Assembly: GCA_030390025.1 (NCBI GenBank) | Contig: CM059427.1 | Span: 159,278,001-159,342,000, forward strand | Length of the DNA: 64,000 bases | Source of the DNA: Squalus acanthias | Lineage: Eukaryota | Reading direction: 5' to 3' | Program-made: the position numbers and the translations under genes | The notes under the pieces: model-generated | Told to the model about the DNA's origin: nothing | The model's database searches: none | The model's input: only the letters and a program-made list of their open reading frames with translations | Part shown: positions 1 to 12,774 of the stretch, one piece after another | How positions within the stretch are numbered: position 1 is the stretch's first letter | Layout of the letters: the number at the start of each line of letters is the position of its first letter

Positions 1-570
1 ACTCGTAACTGCATTCTATTTTCAGCCCAGCAGTATCCCATTTATACTCTTTGCAGACAGGTAGGTTTAAAAAGTACACTGGAGGCCCCAGGGACCTACC
101 CCCAGCATATTTCAAATGAGTTTTAATACCCCTTGGGAGCTATGCTCCATGAGGTATCATACTAAAGCAGTTCGTAATGTCTCTTTCAAGGGGTCTCAGC
201 ATTTTTTCTTTCTGGAGTCGGGTCAAAAGCTAACTCCGGGGTTGCCGTTCAGTTTAGTGTTGCTGTGAAGTGAAAATCACTTTGCTGTGACACTAAAGTT
301 GCAGTAATAATGTACCCTAACTCTGCATCTTGTCATACTATCTGTCCTGAAAGTGCTCAATGCTGACACTTCATGCCTGAAATGGAAGGTGGTCCATTCC
401 CCAGTGCTAATAGCTCTTGCCTTGTGTGCAACATTTATATTTAAAAAAAGGCAACTATTTTAATTTTGCTCTGTAGTGTTAGTGGGGTGTATTGGATGTA
501 ATGGTGGAAGTAACTTTAGAAGATCTGCATAGTGTAGCAGTTGGGGAAAATTAGTTATGAGTGAAACTAA

Positions 571-1190
571 TACAAAAGCAAAATACAGGAAACTCTCTTT
601 TAACCGGCACCCAAATAACCGGAAATCTCTCTTAACCGGCACCCAAATAACCGGAAATCTCTCTTAACCGGCAAAATTCTTGAGTAGGTAACCGGGGTTT
701 TCCTTCATCTCTCCTTTAAAAATAACTTTAAAAAAAACCCCGAGGCGTTTGCCTTGTATCGGAGCGTGTAGATTGGGAGGGGAATGTGCAGCCCGGGTAG
801 GCAGCGGACACGACAGATGGTCAGCTGGCGGTCCCCGGGGAGACGGAGCTCCGAATGCAGGTGCATGTCAGTGTGTACGGGGCTCTCGTACGTTGGGAGA
901 TATAACTCTCCATTATCCGGACTTTTTGATTAACCGGCACCATGCCGGTCCCGTCGGTGCCATTTAATAAGAGTTTCCTGTACTGCAGATGCTGGAAATC
1001 TGAATTATAAGCAAAATGCTGTAAATACTCAGCAGGTCAGGCAGCATCTGTGGAGAGAGAAACAGAGTTAACGTTTCAGGTTGATGTTCTGACACAAGGT
1101 CATCGACCTGAAACATTAACTTGGTTTCTCTCTCTCCCCACAGTTGCTGCCTGACCTGCTGAGTATTTACAGCATTTTCTGTTTTTATTT
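571..1190. mobile_element. Shark-type palindromic repeat (possibly Penelope-derived) with a 13-bp target-site duplication, interrupted by a MITE
   Basis: tgagtgaaactaa at 558-570 and 1191-1203. Inverted arms at ~1013-1086 and ~1101-1180 (aaatgctgtaaatactcagcaggtcaggcagca / tgctgcctgacctgctgagtatttacagcattt). Confidence 0.7.
586..980 (+). mobile_element. Tc1/mariner(pogo/Tigger)-type MITE, copy A
   Basis: TA|CAGGAAACTCT...AGAGTTTCCTG|TA TIRs and TA duplication. Near-identical inverted copy at 29065-29417. Internal 32-bp tandem duplication at 601-664. Confidence 0.85.
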
Positions 1191-1928
1191 TGAGTGAAAC
1201 TAAGTTATTTCATAGTTTCCAAAAAATACATTTTTAAACACTTTTTCCTTAGTCTTCCTCTGTTGTCTAAAAGAATGCTGACTCACTCATCAGGCTTCCA
1301 AGTGTTTTCAAAATGGTTTATTTAATACTGCTGAGCGTTGATTTGAACTTAGTCCCAGGGTTCCCATTAAGTAAATGACCTATGTGATGTGCGTGCCGTA
1401 GAATTTTTATTTCAAGTTGCATATATAAATATTTCATGTTACAGCAAACTAATGGAACTTTTCAGTTTTGCTGTATTTTTGTGAAATTTAAAACTTTTCA
1501 CTTTTCATATTAGTTTGAAAGGGGTGGGGAGGAATGTGAAAATATTGGGACTCCGTCATTATCACCTAATTTCTCATTTTTAATGATCATAACTTGATAT
1601 CTATGATGTACATTTTGAATTGGGAGGAGAGAAAATTGAAAATGACATTTTTAAAGTTTAGCATATTAATTGGCCAAGGAGGAAAGCCTGCTTCTTCAAA
1701 AGCATCCAGCAAAATGTAAATTTCAATCTCTTAATCAGAAATGTAAAGTTATTTATCTTTTTTCTTAAGTTGCATGTTTAGTATGAAACTTGCTATGGAG
1801 CTTTTAATATTTTGTAGACTAACCTTATTTGAGCATGGATTGCATTTAATGTATGGCCGTTGTGTTTGTGTCTTTGCATTTTCGCCTGCAACACTCCTAC
1901 TAACTGATGTGATGAACCAAAACAAAAG

Positions 1929-2085
1929 GAATTGGTAAATTATCCACTGCTGATGGTAAAGCCTTCGCAGATCCTGAGGTACTCCGAAGACTGACTTCTT
2001 CTGTTAGCTGTGCGTTGGATGAAGCTGCTGCTGCCTTGACCCGAATGAGAGCAGAGAATACTCTAAATGCAGGACAAGCAGACAA
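1929..2085 (+). CDS. ANKHD1: ANKHD1 exon (~exon 3), GIGKLSTADGKAFADPEVLRRLTSSVSCALDEAAAALTRMRAENTLNAGQAD
   Basis: aaag|GA acceptor, AA|gtatgt donor, 157 nt, phase 1->2. Confidence 0.92.
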
Positions 2086-4564
2086 GTATGTGTTTCTTTT
2101 TATTTATGTATTTTGTGGGGGACAGGTGGGAGTGGAAAGTATCACTAATCAACAAAACATTAATGAGTAAAGTGCAGAGCTACAATTTCATTAAACTTTC
2201 TTTTTACAGTAATTATATGGGATTTTGGAAGTTTTTCTTCCTTTTTAGGGATTTTATTAATTTATGGTAACTGAATTTAACTTGCTCTGTCTTTACTACG
2301 AGTTAACTTGATTTTCTGTGATATACAAATGAGTTCACCTCCCCCCAGTGAAAACCACCAATCAGTGGCCTTCATGCGTAATTTTCTGTTGTATTCTACT
2401 TTGTAGCGTAGCCATTGCATGGCTTGAAAGTACAAGAACAACTAATCTGTGACGATGTTTGATCAATTAAGTATGTGACTCTCCATAGATGTATACATAC
2501 AAATTATTTAAATTCACTTGTGTATTAACCCTTCGACTGCTCACAGATCCAGAAAAATTGATGGTCTTCCTTAGCCAATTGGCTATGTAAGTTTTCAGCT
2601 CAGGCACAGTAATGCTGAAGCATACACTATTGTAGTACTGTAAATGCTCAAATGTCAGGAGTGGTTTTATTACTGTAATATTAACCCTGTGCTACAAAAA
2701 TCAAATAATTTTGTTAGTGTACTTGTCCTTCCTAACTTTTTCAGTCCTCTTTTTCTCTGTTCTCTTCCATTCTCTGTTCTCTTCCATTCTCTGTCGTGTT
2801 TATTTTAAAATTTAACATTATCCCGACTGAATCCATCTTTTCCATAATTGTTTTCCTCTTTAAAAACTAACTTTCAAACCGCTTTTACCAGTTTCAACAG
2901 CTAATGTTTCAGCCAGTTATTGTCATAATAATCCGGGTTCAAAACAGGAAGGGGCTGCTTGCTGACCAGTATATTCATTGTTGGGTACGCAGAACAAGAA
3001 TAGAGTGGCAACAGTGTGGGTGTAGGCCCATCTTAAGAATATAGGTGTGCGATTTAGAAGGACTTACAAAGTGAAAAAGTGTGTATTTGGCGCGCGGGGG
3101 GGCATTTGACCCTTGTGCCTGGTTGTTGGGTAAATGTCCTCATTTAAAAAAAAAAATACAATAAAATTCATAAATTTACAGTACAGATGTTTGCATGTCT
3201 CTAATGGAGATGCACAGAAAATTGGCCTTGCTTGACCATGTGGTACTGTCAGATTTTGTGGAATAAGCCAGAATGCCACTTAATGTACATCTCTCCTGAC
3301 TTAGGGCAATGATTTATGATTTTCCTTGGAAAATGGATAGAGTCATGGTATACAATCCCATAATATTGTAATAAAAACGAATTACATTTGTTCACTAAAC
3401 CAAAGGCCATAATTGTAAACTGACAGGATTCAGGAATAGAGCCCCCAAAACACAGGTAAAGTTCTGGAATCCCACATAATAAAAACAAAATTTTACTTAG
3501 TCACTGTAAAACAATCGCCTGTTCATAACCCTAACTAACTTCTATATTTCTATATGCACTGCATACTGGTCTTGTGCTAGGCAATATTGCTTAGATCCAG
3601 ACACTGAAAAGTAGTCCAGTCAGAGAATAATGTCTCTTCAGCTGAATCTAGATAAGGTTTTCCACATAGTTGTGTTCCTGGAGTACTGCACATGAAGATT
3701 GGTACGGTGATGTCTCACGATAAATTAACCTGGTGCCCCAGGAATCCACAACAAGAGGAGAGCTGAGACATTTAGGTTCTAGGAAATGGCTTCTTCACCT
3801 TCCACTGCCAGATGGAGTGAACGTCAGTTTATGGCCCTCCATCAATTCTCTTGTTGTAAATTACCCGTTGGTGCCCATTGAGAATTATAGTGTGTCAATA
3901 TCTGACTTAGATAGTGATATTTAATTTGGTTTTTGCTCCTACCATATGAAAGAAGAGGAGTGTGTCAATTCTCTGATCCAGGATTGGACCCAGGCAGCAG
4001 CTGGTCATTATAGGATTGCTGCTGCTGCGCTATTTGTCTTTGCAAAGGATGGGGCTGCTGTCTTCATTTAGTCAAGGCTGTAACCTATTGTAGACCACTG
4101 TTCACTGTGTCATGGCTAATTTTCATTTGGCCATTTCCTCTTATTTCATCCCTATGTATGTCTGCTATTCTCTGCCTGATTTTGTAGTGTTTTCCTTTTG
4201 CCAAATATTTACATTCAATATAATTTTAAAACATTAACTGAAGTTTTAACCTGGTAAAACATCTATTTAACTATCCGACTGATTAACTAAAAGGTTTGAG
4301 CATTTTATGGCGCACATGAAACACACGGAAATCCATGGCACCAGCAGCTATGACCAGAAATGAATGTTGATACTAAATGTATTTTAAGATCAAATGTCTT
4401 GTTTCAGGTTTTTAAGACATACTTGCCAGATATACTTGTCAAGTGCTGTTTTTTTCAGTTTCAGCAACAACTGGAGTTCAAAAATAATTCACTACAGTAT
4501 AGGTGATTCTATAAAATCTGGTGTCCTGTAAAAGTAAGTTATTTAAATTTGTTTTTGGGTTTAG

Positions 4565-4712
4565 CCGAAGCTTAGCAGAAGCGTGCTCAGATGGAGATGT
4601 AAACGCTGTCCGAAAACTGCTAGATGAAGGACGAAGTGTAAATGAGCATACAGAAGAGGGTGAAAGTCTCCTTTGCTTGGCATGCTCAGCTGGCTACTAT
4701 GAACTTGCACAA
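4565..4712 (+). CDS. ANKHD1: ANKHD1 exon (~4), RSLAEACSDGDVNAVRKLLDEGRSVNEHTEEGESLLCLACSAGYYELAQ
   Basis: ttag|C acceptor, CAA|gtaagt donor, 148 nt. Confidence 0.96.
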
Positions 4713-4812
4713 GTAAGTATTTAGCAACCCATTTTATTTATGATAAACATACCCGAAATTCCAATAGATATCTGCACAATACTGCATTCCAGATGTTTTA
4801 AGATTTCCATTT

Positions 4813-5922
4813 ACAACAGCTTGTATTTATATAGTGCCTTTAACGTAGTAAAACGTCCCAAGGCGCTGCACAGGTGTATTTTAAGACAAAAAATTTGACA
4901 CCAAGCCACAATGATAAATTAGGGCAGGTGACCAAAAGCTTGGTCAAAGAGGTAGGTTTTAAGGAGCGTCTTAAAGGAGGAAAGAGAGGTAGTGAGGCGT
5001 CGAGGTTTAGGCAGGGAATTCCAGAGCTTAGGGCCTAGGCAACAGAAGGCACAGCCTCCAAAGGTTGAGCGATTATAATCAGGGATCCTCGAGGGTAGAA
5101 TTAGAAGAGCGCAGATATCTCGGGGGGTGGGGGGGGTGGTGGTTGTGGGGCTGAAGGAGATTAGAGATAGGAAGGGGCGAGGCCATGGAGGGATTTGAAA
5201 ACAAGGTTGAACATTTTGAAAGAGGCGCTGCTTAACCAGGAGCCAATGTAGGTCAGCAAGCACAGGGGTGATGGGCAAACGGGACTTGGTGCGAGTTAGG
5301 ACACGGGCAGCTGAGTTTCGGATGACCTCAAGTTTACGTAGGGTGGAATGTGGGAGGCCAGCCAGCAGTACGTTGGAATAGTCAAGGCTAGAGGTAACAA
5401 AGGCATAGATGAGGGTTTCCGCAGCAGATGAGCTGAGGCAAGGGCGGAGATGGGCAATATTACGGAGGTGAAAGTAGGCGATCTTTGTTATGCTGCGGAT
5501 ATGTGGTCAGAAGCTCATTTCAGGGTCAAATGATACCAAGGTTGCGAACAGTGTGGTTCAGCCTCAGACAGATGTTCGGGAGAGGGATGGAGTCAGTGGC
5601 TAGGGAACAGAGTTTGTGGCGGGGACTGAAAACAATGGCTTTGGTTTTCCCAATATTTAATTGGAGGTAATTTTTGCTTATCCAGAACTGTATGTCGGAC
5701 AAGCAGTCTGACAGTTTAGACACGGTGGAGGGGTCGAGAGAAGAGGTAGTGAGGTAGAGCTGGGTGTCGTCAGCATCCTTGTGGAAACTGGCGCTGTGTT
5801 TTCGGATGATGTCGCCAAGGAGCAACATGTAGATGAGAAATAGGAGGGGGCCAAGGATAGATCCTTGGGGGACACCAGAGATAACGATGCGGGAGCGGGA
5901 AGAAAAGCCGTTGCAGCTGATT
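4813..5922 (-). mobile_element. L2-clade LINE 3' fragment (decayed reverse transcriptase plus tail)
   Basis: Minus-strand ORFs with [31 protein letters not shown] and FKTLLKTYLF; typical L2 3' tail. Confidence 0.85.
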
Positions 5923-6979
5923 CTGTTTTTTTTCCCCCTAGTATCTTGAGTTGTGTGAGTTATATAAAAATGAATTGTTTGGCCACATAACTATGCAGAG
6001 GTCATGTGAACCTCATACAGTGTTTCACTTAGATTTACATAGTTTTTGATTTTCTCTACATTGTGATAACCATTATATCAGTTGATATCAAGACATAAAA
6101 TGACAGTGAGTCATGTCTATCTTGTACTTATTGGAGGGCATGTACGGTATACAGTTGCTGAAGTCTTTTTTTTATAAAGGCTAAACCTGATTGAGAAGAC
6201 CTCGGGTAAGTATTTCTTAAGATTTGCTCATCAACCGTTACATGGTCTAGGATTAACATGAGTCAGTTGCTTTTGCTGATTCAGGTTGGTGTCTGAGTGA
6301 GTTAAGGAACTTGAAGAAATTCCAGTAATCAGTTAAGTTTAATTGAGTCTGAAATATAAGCAACTTGAATGTAAGTTGGTTGGTGTTGTACTGTTCTGTT
6401 CATCACCTTGTTGGGTGGGAGGGATGACGACAGAGGAGGAGCCTGATTCGTGTCCAGTGCAGTTGGTTTGAGTAATCTTTATCGGAGTACATGAGCAACA
6501 ATTAGCAAGATATCATACTATATGTTATACTTTAACACCTCCCCTCTTTCCCATTGTATGTACAGCAGGTATGATACTGATTTAGGTTTATGCAGACTGG
6601 AGATGGACTTGTGACCCGATCTTCCATGTTTGCTATTCTTTCTAACTCTTTCAATTGTAGAACACCTGGATTGAAGCACATGCAGAAATGTAAAAATAAA
6701 ACTTGTAGCTGTGATGTTCTGTTGCGAGTTGGTAAAATAAATGAGCAGCTGCACCCAATGCAGACTTGTACACTGAGCCCAAGTGATGGCATTGTGAACA
6801 CCATACACTTGGCACCACTTCAATTAGCTGTGGGGATAGCAGACAATCTGTTAATTTGGACAAATCTTCAAAACCCAAACCAGTGACTATTGCAGCAACA
6901 TTGGATCTTTCATTTTTAATGGATGTTATGATCGCTTTTAACAGACAAGATATAGCCAATTGAAAGATTACTATTGAAG

Positions 6980-7300
6980 TATTATGTTGAAGAATTTCCC
7001 ATGACTTTGGGGGTGATTGCAGAAGAAAAGCTTTTTATCCAGAATTAGGTACTTGGTGACCAAGGATATGGCTGGGAGACCAAGGATATGGCTGCGAGAG
7101 TTTATGTGGATGGCTGGATTGAGGCAGGAGAGGAAGGTAGAGAAATCGGCTAATTGAGTAGGGCGAGTTAAAGTGCAGGCTAAAATCACCAAGGATGAGA
7201 AGTTGCTCAGTTTGGAGGCCAAGCAAGTACAGAAGGAAGGAAATGTTGGCATAAAGACAGTGGGGTGGAGATGTAGAAAATGAGAATGTGAAAGGAGAGA
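6980..7300 (-). mobile_element. Degraded L2-type endonuclease fragment (approximate bounds)
   Basis: LLILGDFSLHFNSP (APE GDFN-like motif) in minus ORF 7035..7664. Confidence 0.55.
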
Positions 7301-8040
7301 TGGTTGAAAATAGGGTGTTCAAACAGGGAAAGATTACCTGAACAGTATGAAAATAAGCCAAGACGAAACCTGGCAATGACTGTTGCAGCTTGCATGTGGT
7401 ACAGTGGGAGGGGTATAGTGTAATGTGTAGGTGGGGAAGAAGTGGCCAGAGTGAGCGGGAGGGATTAACCTTTGGTGAGCTGAGTTTTGCCAGGCCTTGG
7501 ATGTCTGTGCACTTAACAAGAACGAAGATATGGTTGGGAATGACATTGTGAGAACAAATATTTTGTCGGGCTATACAGAGGTATAGACAATGGAGGGGTT
7601 GGGCTGATTGGAGGGGCCTATGGGAAGGCTGAGTAAGAAGTGTTGGCAACCTTTTTCCCCACACTAATTAGCAAAATTGGCTGTGGTATTCTTTATACAA
7701 AAAGGTATGGGAAGTCTTTCCTTCTTTCCTTCTACAAAGAGAGACTTCCATTGCTCCTCCAAAAGCCTGGAAGTTATACTTGCAACATATAGCATAAATT
7801 CAGATGTTCATATGCTAAATTTACTGGCTAGGAATATAATTGCATAAATTTTCCACATCTTCTGGAGAAGAGGCCTGTTGTTCACCCCTCCCCCAGTGGC
7901 ATGTCAGTGATCAGGAGCCATTGATAGTATGCCCCTTGTTTAAGTGACTGACTAGTTCCAAATTGAAGCTTTAATTTGTGCTGTTGAATAGTAAATCTAC
8001 CCTTTTGAGCTGTGTTAATTTAACAACTTTTATTGTTCAG

Positions 8041-8188
8041 GTTTTGCTAGCTGTGCATGCTAATGTTGAAGATCGCGGCATCAAGGGAGACATAACTCCA
8101 TTGATGGCAGCTGCCAGTGGAGGCTACGTAGACATAGTAAAACTGCTATTGGCCCATGACGCTGATGTAAATGCTCAGTCTTCAACGG
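8041..8188 (+). CDS. ANKHD1: ANKHD1 exon (~5), VLLAVHANVEDRGIKGDITPLMAAASGGYVDIVKLLLAHDADVNAQSST
   Basis: ttcag| acceptor, G|gtaagt donor, 148 nt, ankyrin repeat. Confidence 0.96.
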
Positions 8189-8278
8189 GTAAGTAGTGAA
8201 GATACTTGGCTATCTAATTTTGCTTTCTGTCTAAAGTAAGATCACACTTTAGACTTCTAATACTTTTTTATTTTTCAG

Positions 8279-8512
8279 GAAACACAGCACTCACTTATGC
8301 CTGTGCTGGAGGGTTTGTTGATGTTGTAAAAGTACTTCTGAAAGCAGGGGCCAATATCGAGGATCACAACGAAAATGGTCACACACCTCTGATGGAAGCG
8401 GCAAGTGCTGGCCATGTTGAAGTTGCTCGGGTGCTTTTAGAATATGGAGCTGGAATCAATACTCACTCAAATGAGTTCAAGGAAAGTGCACTTACACTGG
8501 CATGTTACAAAG
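8279..8512 (+). CDS. ANKHD1: ANKHD1 exon (~6), GNTALTYACAGGFVDVVKVLLKAGANIEDHNENGHTPLMEAASAGHVEVARVLLEYGAGINTHSNEFKESALTLACYK
   Basis: ttttcag| acceptor after a 90-nt intron, AAAG|gtatga donor, 234 nt. Confidence 0.96.
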
Positions 8513-9428
8513 GTATGATAAATGTTGATATTTCATAAGGTGAATGTGATGTGGCAGAAAACATGCTCGTTTTGAAACTTGAAAACCATATTGAATTTAG
8601 TTTAGGTATGCATCTCTAAGTAGCTACAACTAAGCAAAGCAATTGATAGCATGATGTTGAAACAAATGAAGAAGTTGACTTTCCTGAGAGGATTAAGATG
8701 AGATATCTTTGGTCGTAGCAAGATTATTAGAGTTAGTAACCTGATAAGGTGGTCAGTGTGTGTACAAGGCATGTTCAAGGCAATTAGAATGTAGTGCAGA
8801 ATTTTTTATAAAAATTTATGAAGTTGGAAAGCATGAAAAGTAAAAGGCAGTATGTTAGTAGTTCCAAATAAGAACCTCTTTGAAGTCTTGTGGTGTTATT
8901 GTACCTATATTAGCTTTTTTTAACGCTGAAGTCTTAAAAACTTTCAAAACCAGCCCTTCAAAGCATAATTCCATTTTGTGTGCCATATTGGTATGTTCTG
9001 CAATCATCACCTTTTTTCCCCTCAAAAAAACCTAAAGTAAAGCAAATGAAAACTAAGAGGACATTAAAATAGAAGCCTCCTATCAGGTGCTTGTTATGGG
9101 TTGCTTCTACCACAGCACAACAAAACAGCATATTTAGCTTGTAGCTCCTCCAAGACTTGCCTCTCTTTAAAGTGTTACGTTTTATGATCTGACAGGTGAA
9201 CAGTGCATCATGTGGTCATGCTTCCTTTTATTTGGTTTTAAATAACACAACTTTATATCATAAAATTATGCAGAAAAAAATTGCGGACTTCATTCAGTCT
9301 GAAAAGTTGAGAATTTAAATAACTTTATATGTAAAAAAAAAAAACCTTATGTACTAAATACAATTACAAGGTAATGCATGTCAGAATATATTTCTATTAA
9401 TGAATCCTAACTGTTCTATATTTCATAG

Positions 9429-9523
9429 GGCATTTGGAAATGGTGCGGTTTCTTCTTGAAGCTGGTGCTGATCAGGAGCACAAAACCGATGAGATGCATA
9501 CAGCTTTAATGGAGGCATGTATG
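9429..9523 (+). CDS. ANKHD1: ANKHD1 exon (~7), GHLEMVRFLLEAGADQEHKTDEMHTALMEACM
   Basis: catag| acceptor, ATG|gtaagt donor, 95 nt. Confidence 0.96.
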
Positions 9524-10101
9524 GTAAGTATTTTTGTGCACCTTATCTTCCCCACCCCTCCCAAAATTGCTGCACCAGTTCCTTTAGGTCTCAATTTGTT
9601 ACATTTTGTTTAGTGCAATAAATGCGATGTTAACTTTCTTGAACAAGATAAGAGTATATTTAATCACAAAATGCAGACTGTCAACTGCAGATAATCTGAG
9701 AAAAATATGCCAGCAAGTCTTTCTAAAAAAAGATTCAAAACACTAGAATGAGAAATTTATACGATTTTGAAGAGTATTTCCTTACACAGTAACTTGTTTC
9801 ATTTTTTTGTTTGCATGTTAATGAATATTTTTGCAAAAACTTGAAAATTTTTGAGTTAAGCATGAACTTTTTTCCTGTATACAATAGGTTGTTTGAATTG
9901 TACAAAACAATCAGTCTTTTCACTGTGATAGTGAATGTTTCAGTTAATTTCACTGTTTTATTAACCAGTATGCAAAGTAAATTGCTGGCTTTATTTGGCT
10001 GTTGAGATTCAAAACTGGATTTGCATTTGATTTATGTTGCATATTAGAATTTGCTAGGTATTTAATATATCAAGATACTGACAATTACCTTTATTGAATA
10101 G

Positions 10102-10339
10102 GACGGCCATGTTGAAGTAGCTCGGCTCCTTTTGGACAGCGGTGCACAAGTAAACATGCCAGCTGATTCTTTTGAGTCTCCATTGACTCTTGCTGCTTGT
10201 GGTGGTCATGTGGAGCTAGCAGCTTTGCTCATAGAAAGAGGAGCAAACCTGGAAGAAGTAAATGATGAAGGATATACACCATTAATGGAAGCTTCACGAG
10301 AAGGCCACGAGGAAATGGTAGCATTGCTGCTTGCTCAGG
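10102..10339 (+). CDS. ANKHD1: ANKHD1 exon (~8), DGHVEVARLLLDSGAQVNMPADSFESPLTLAACGG...EMVALLLAQ
   Basis: aatag| acceptor, CAGG|gtatga donor, 238 nt; overlaps ORF 10132..10386. Confidence 0.96.
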
Positions 10340-12582
10340 GTATGAAAGATCCCATGTATTTAACTTTACATAGAAGGACTCATTGACATGACATTGAAGA
10401 TGTTGACTCTTTACTGAATATTCTGCATGAATATAGCTTTCAGCTATCTGGATTTAAATGATCATTTCATTATTTTGATCTTAGATTTAACATTGTTTTT
10501 GAAAAGTTTGAGCAGAGTAATGTAGCTGAATAAATTAGGCTTCTGGTGTCTCTTTTAGATTAGTGGGGACACAGAAATTAAACATAATTCCCTGATTAGC
10601 AAATATTCAGTTCCATATCATGGTTGACAGGTACTGATGATACAAAGGTTTCAATACCTTTCATTGCTTTCAACTGCTAAAGTAACATAGTGAAGTATTG
10701 GTGTGTGTTGTTTTTCGGTAAACTAGCTTTTTAAGATTAATTTTGTTCGTTGGAACCTCCATTAATAGCACTAAATTATTTTCCTTTCTAGTTTTGTATT
10801 TCACAGAACAAAGGCTTAGTGAGATATCTCTTTCCACATCCCATTAATGCCATTCTCCTGCTGACACAAATCAACCACACAATCCAGGAAAGACTAAATT
10901 CAATTTATTTATATTATACTTGTCTTAATTCCCATGCTTAGGATATTGCAGGTATAAAACCAGATGCAAGATGCTGGAGGTTCCACTACATTGAAGCAAA
11001 AAAAAAACATTTTCAGTAACTAGCAATCTTGAGCATCTTTGCAAATGCTATTAAAACTGTATTATATTGATTGTATTTGTACTGTTGTTACAGTAGGTCT
11101 AAGATATTTTAAATCTTAAGTTTTTGATTAGTGCTTTCTGAAATAGGTAATTTGTTCGCTCTGGGCATTGTGAAACCTTTCAAAACAATTGTTTCACTTC
11201 AAAATAGCTGATTGTTAATGTGAAGAGCTTTGGGAAGTTTGAGATGCGTTAAAGCACTATGTAAATGCAAGTCTTTCTTATGGTGGTAACTGTTTAAAAT
11301 TTTATATAATTTACAGGTATGTGCCTCGCAATATCCCGTTGTAGTTGGGTCCAGTAATACCATCCTAAACTGAAAAGCTGACTGGTTATTTAAGAAAGTA
11401 ATTGTATGGTATTCTATCGGTGCCCCTTGTTTTTGGTATTTACTCAAGATATCTTCAGTTTGTACTCTGGTTATTCATTTAGGAAAGCCTTTGCTCCCTA
11501 AGACCTGGAGAGTGTCTTGTAGCAAGTCCTTGGATCAAATAAAAAAAACACTCATTACTGTATTTCAATTTACTGATTTATATTATGTGCTCTCGGGTAA
11601 TCTTCCTGACTTTGGAAGGATGGTAGAATAAACACTTGATGAGACTGGCTGCAACTATAAACTGACAAATCTGTTTATTAAACAGAAAATGGATGTGAAC
11701 AGAAGCAGTGACAAACTGTAGATTTACAGTAGTTGCAGACTTATCTGTCTCCCTCTCCTCACCCCACCTCAAAACCCCCCTCAGAAGATAGAAAATAAAC
11801 CAGCCACGCCTGCTGTGCTAAACTGCAATATAAACTGGCCACAAGGTCCTACATTGCAGTTTATGGCTGACCATCCATGAAGTGCCTCTGGCCTGTTTAT
11901 CTCAGATGGCTTCAGATGGGCTACTCAATTTAAGCTAGACAAGCTGAGACTATTTTGTTTTAAATATAACTGAACAGAGAAAATTTCACCATGTGTCTCT
12001 TAAACTTGAGCTGCCAATCAAATCAAACATATTTTCAGACAAAATTCACAAGATACTTATATTTGAATTGAATTGCTTGACCTTACCGTCAGTACCTGGT
12101 ATAGTGTTTATTCTGGTTCCCTTGTGTATTAAAATAAGCTGAATCATTTTCTGTGAATGAACCTGGTTTTTAACTATATAGGTACTGTTGTGGAAGGAAA
12201 GAAACAGCTGACTTTTATTCCCATGTGTGGCGTGACAAAAAAATACCGTCGTATGTAATAGATAAAAATGCTTTGTATTTGTCTTTTTTACTCTCCCAGC
12301 CAGTTACTCTCGAGTATGTATTGAAATGGTCACCACTTCCAGGCAGGGTTAATGCCAATGATGAAGCATTACAATGGGATCCCTTGGACCATGTCAACAA
12401 CTTTGGTTGTAGCTCAGGCTAAATTGTATTTAGTACCTGTATAACTTGATGTATAAAATACTGAGAGCTCCAAAATAAAGTCACTAAACAGAAGCTATTA
12501 AAATACTGATGATAGCTAAAATCGTTGGAGCTTAGTTAACCAAACTCTTCACTAATTATAAATTGCTGCCTGGATTTTTTAG

Positions 12583-12774
12583 GAGCCAATATAAATGCAC
12601 AGACAGAAGAAACCCAAGAGACGGCACTGACTCTAGCTTGCTGTGGAGGCTTCTTGGAAGTTGCAGACTTTTTAATAAAGGCAGGAGCTGACATTGAATT
12701 GGGTTGCTCTACACCATTGATGGAGGCTGCTCAAGAAGGTCATCTTGAATTGGTCAAATATTTACTTGCAGCAG
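12583..12774 (+). CDS. ANKHD1: ANKHD1 exon (~9), GANINAQTEETQETALTLACCGGFLEVADFLIKAGADIELGCSTPLMEAAQEGHLELVKYLLAA
   Basis: ttttag| acceptor, GCAG|gtatgt donor, 192 nt. Confidence 0.96.

Noticed and set aside
601-673. 32-bp direct repeats resembling a CRISPR array
   Set aside because: Head-to-tail duplication with no spacers, in a eukaryotic intron, with no cas genes.
749-967. 72-aa ORF with a near-identical partner at 29079..29288, looking like a duplicated small gene
   Set aside because: Both lie inside TIR/TA-flanked MITE copies, start at TTG and have no recognisable domain.
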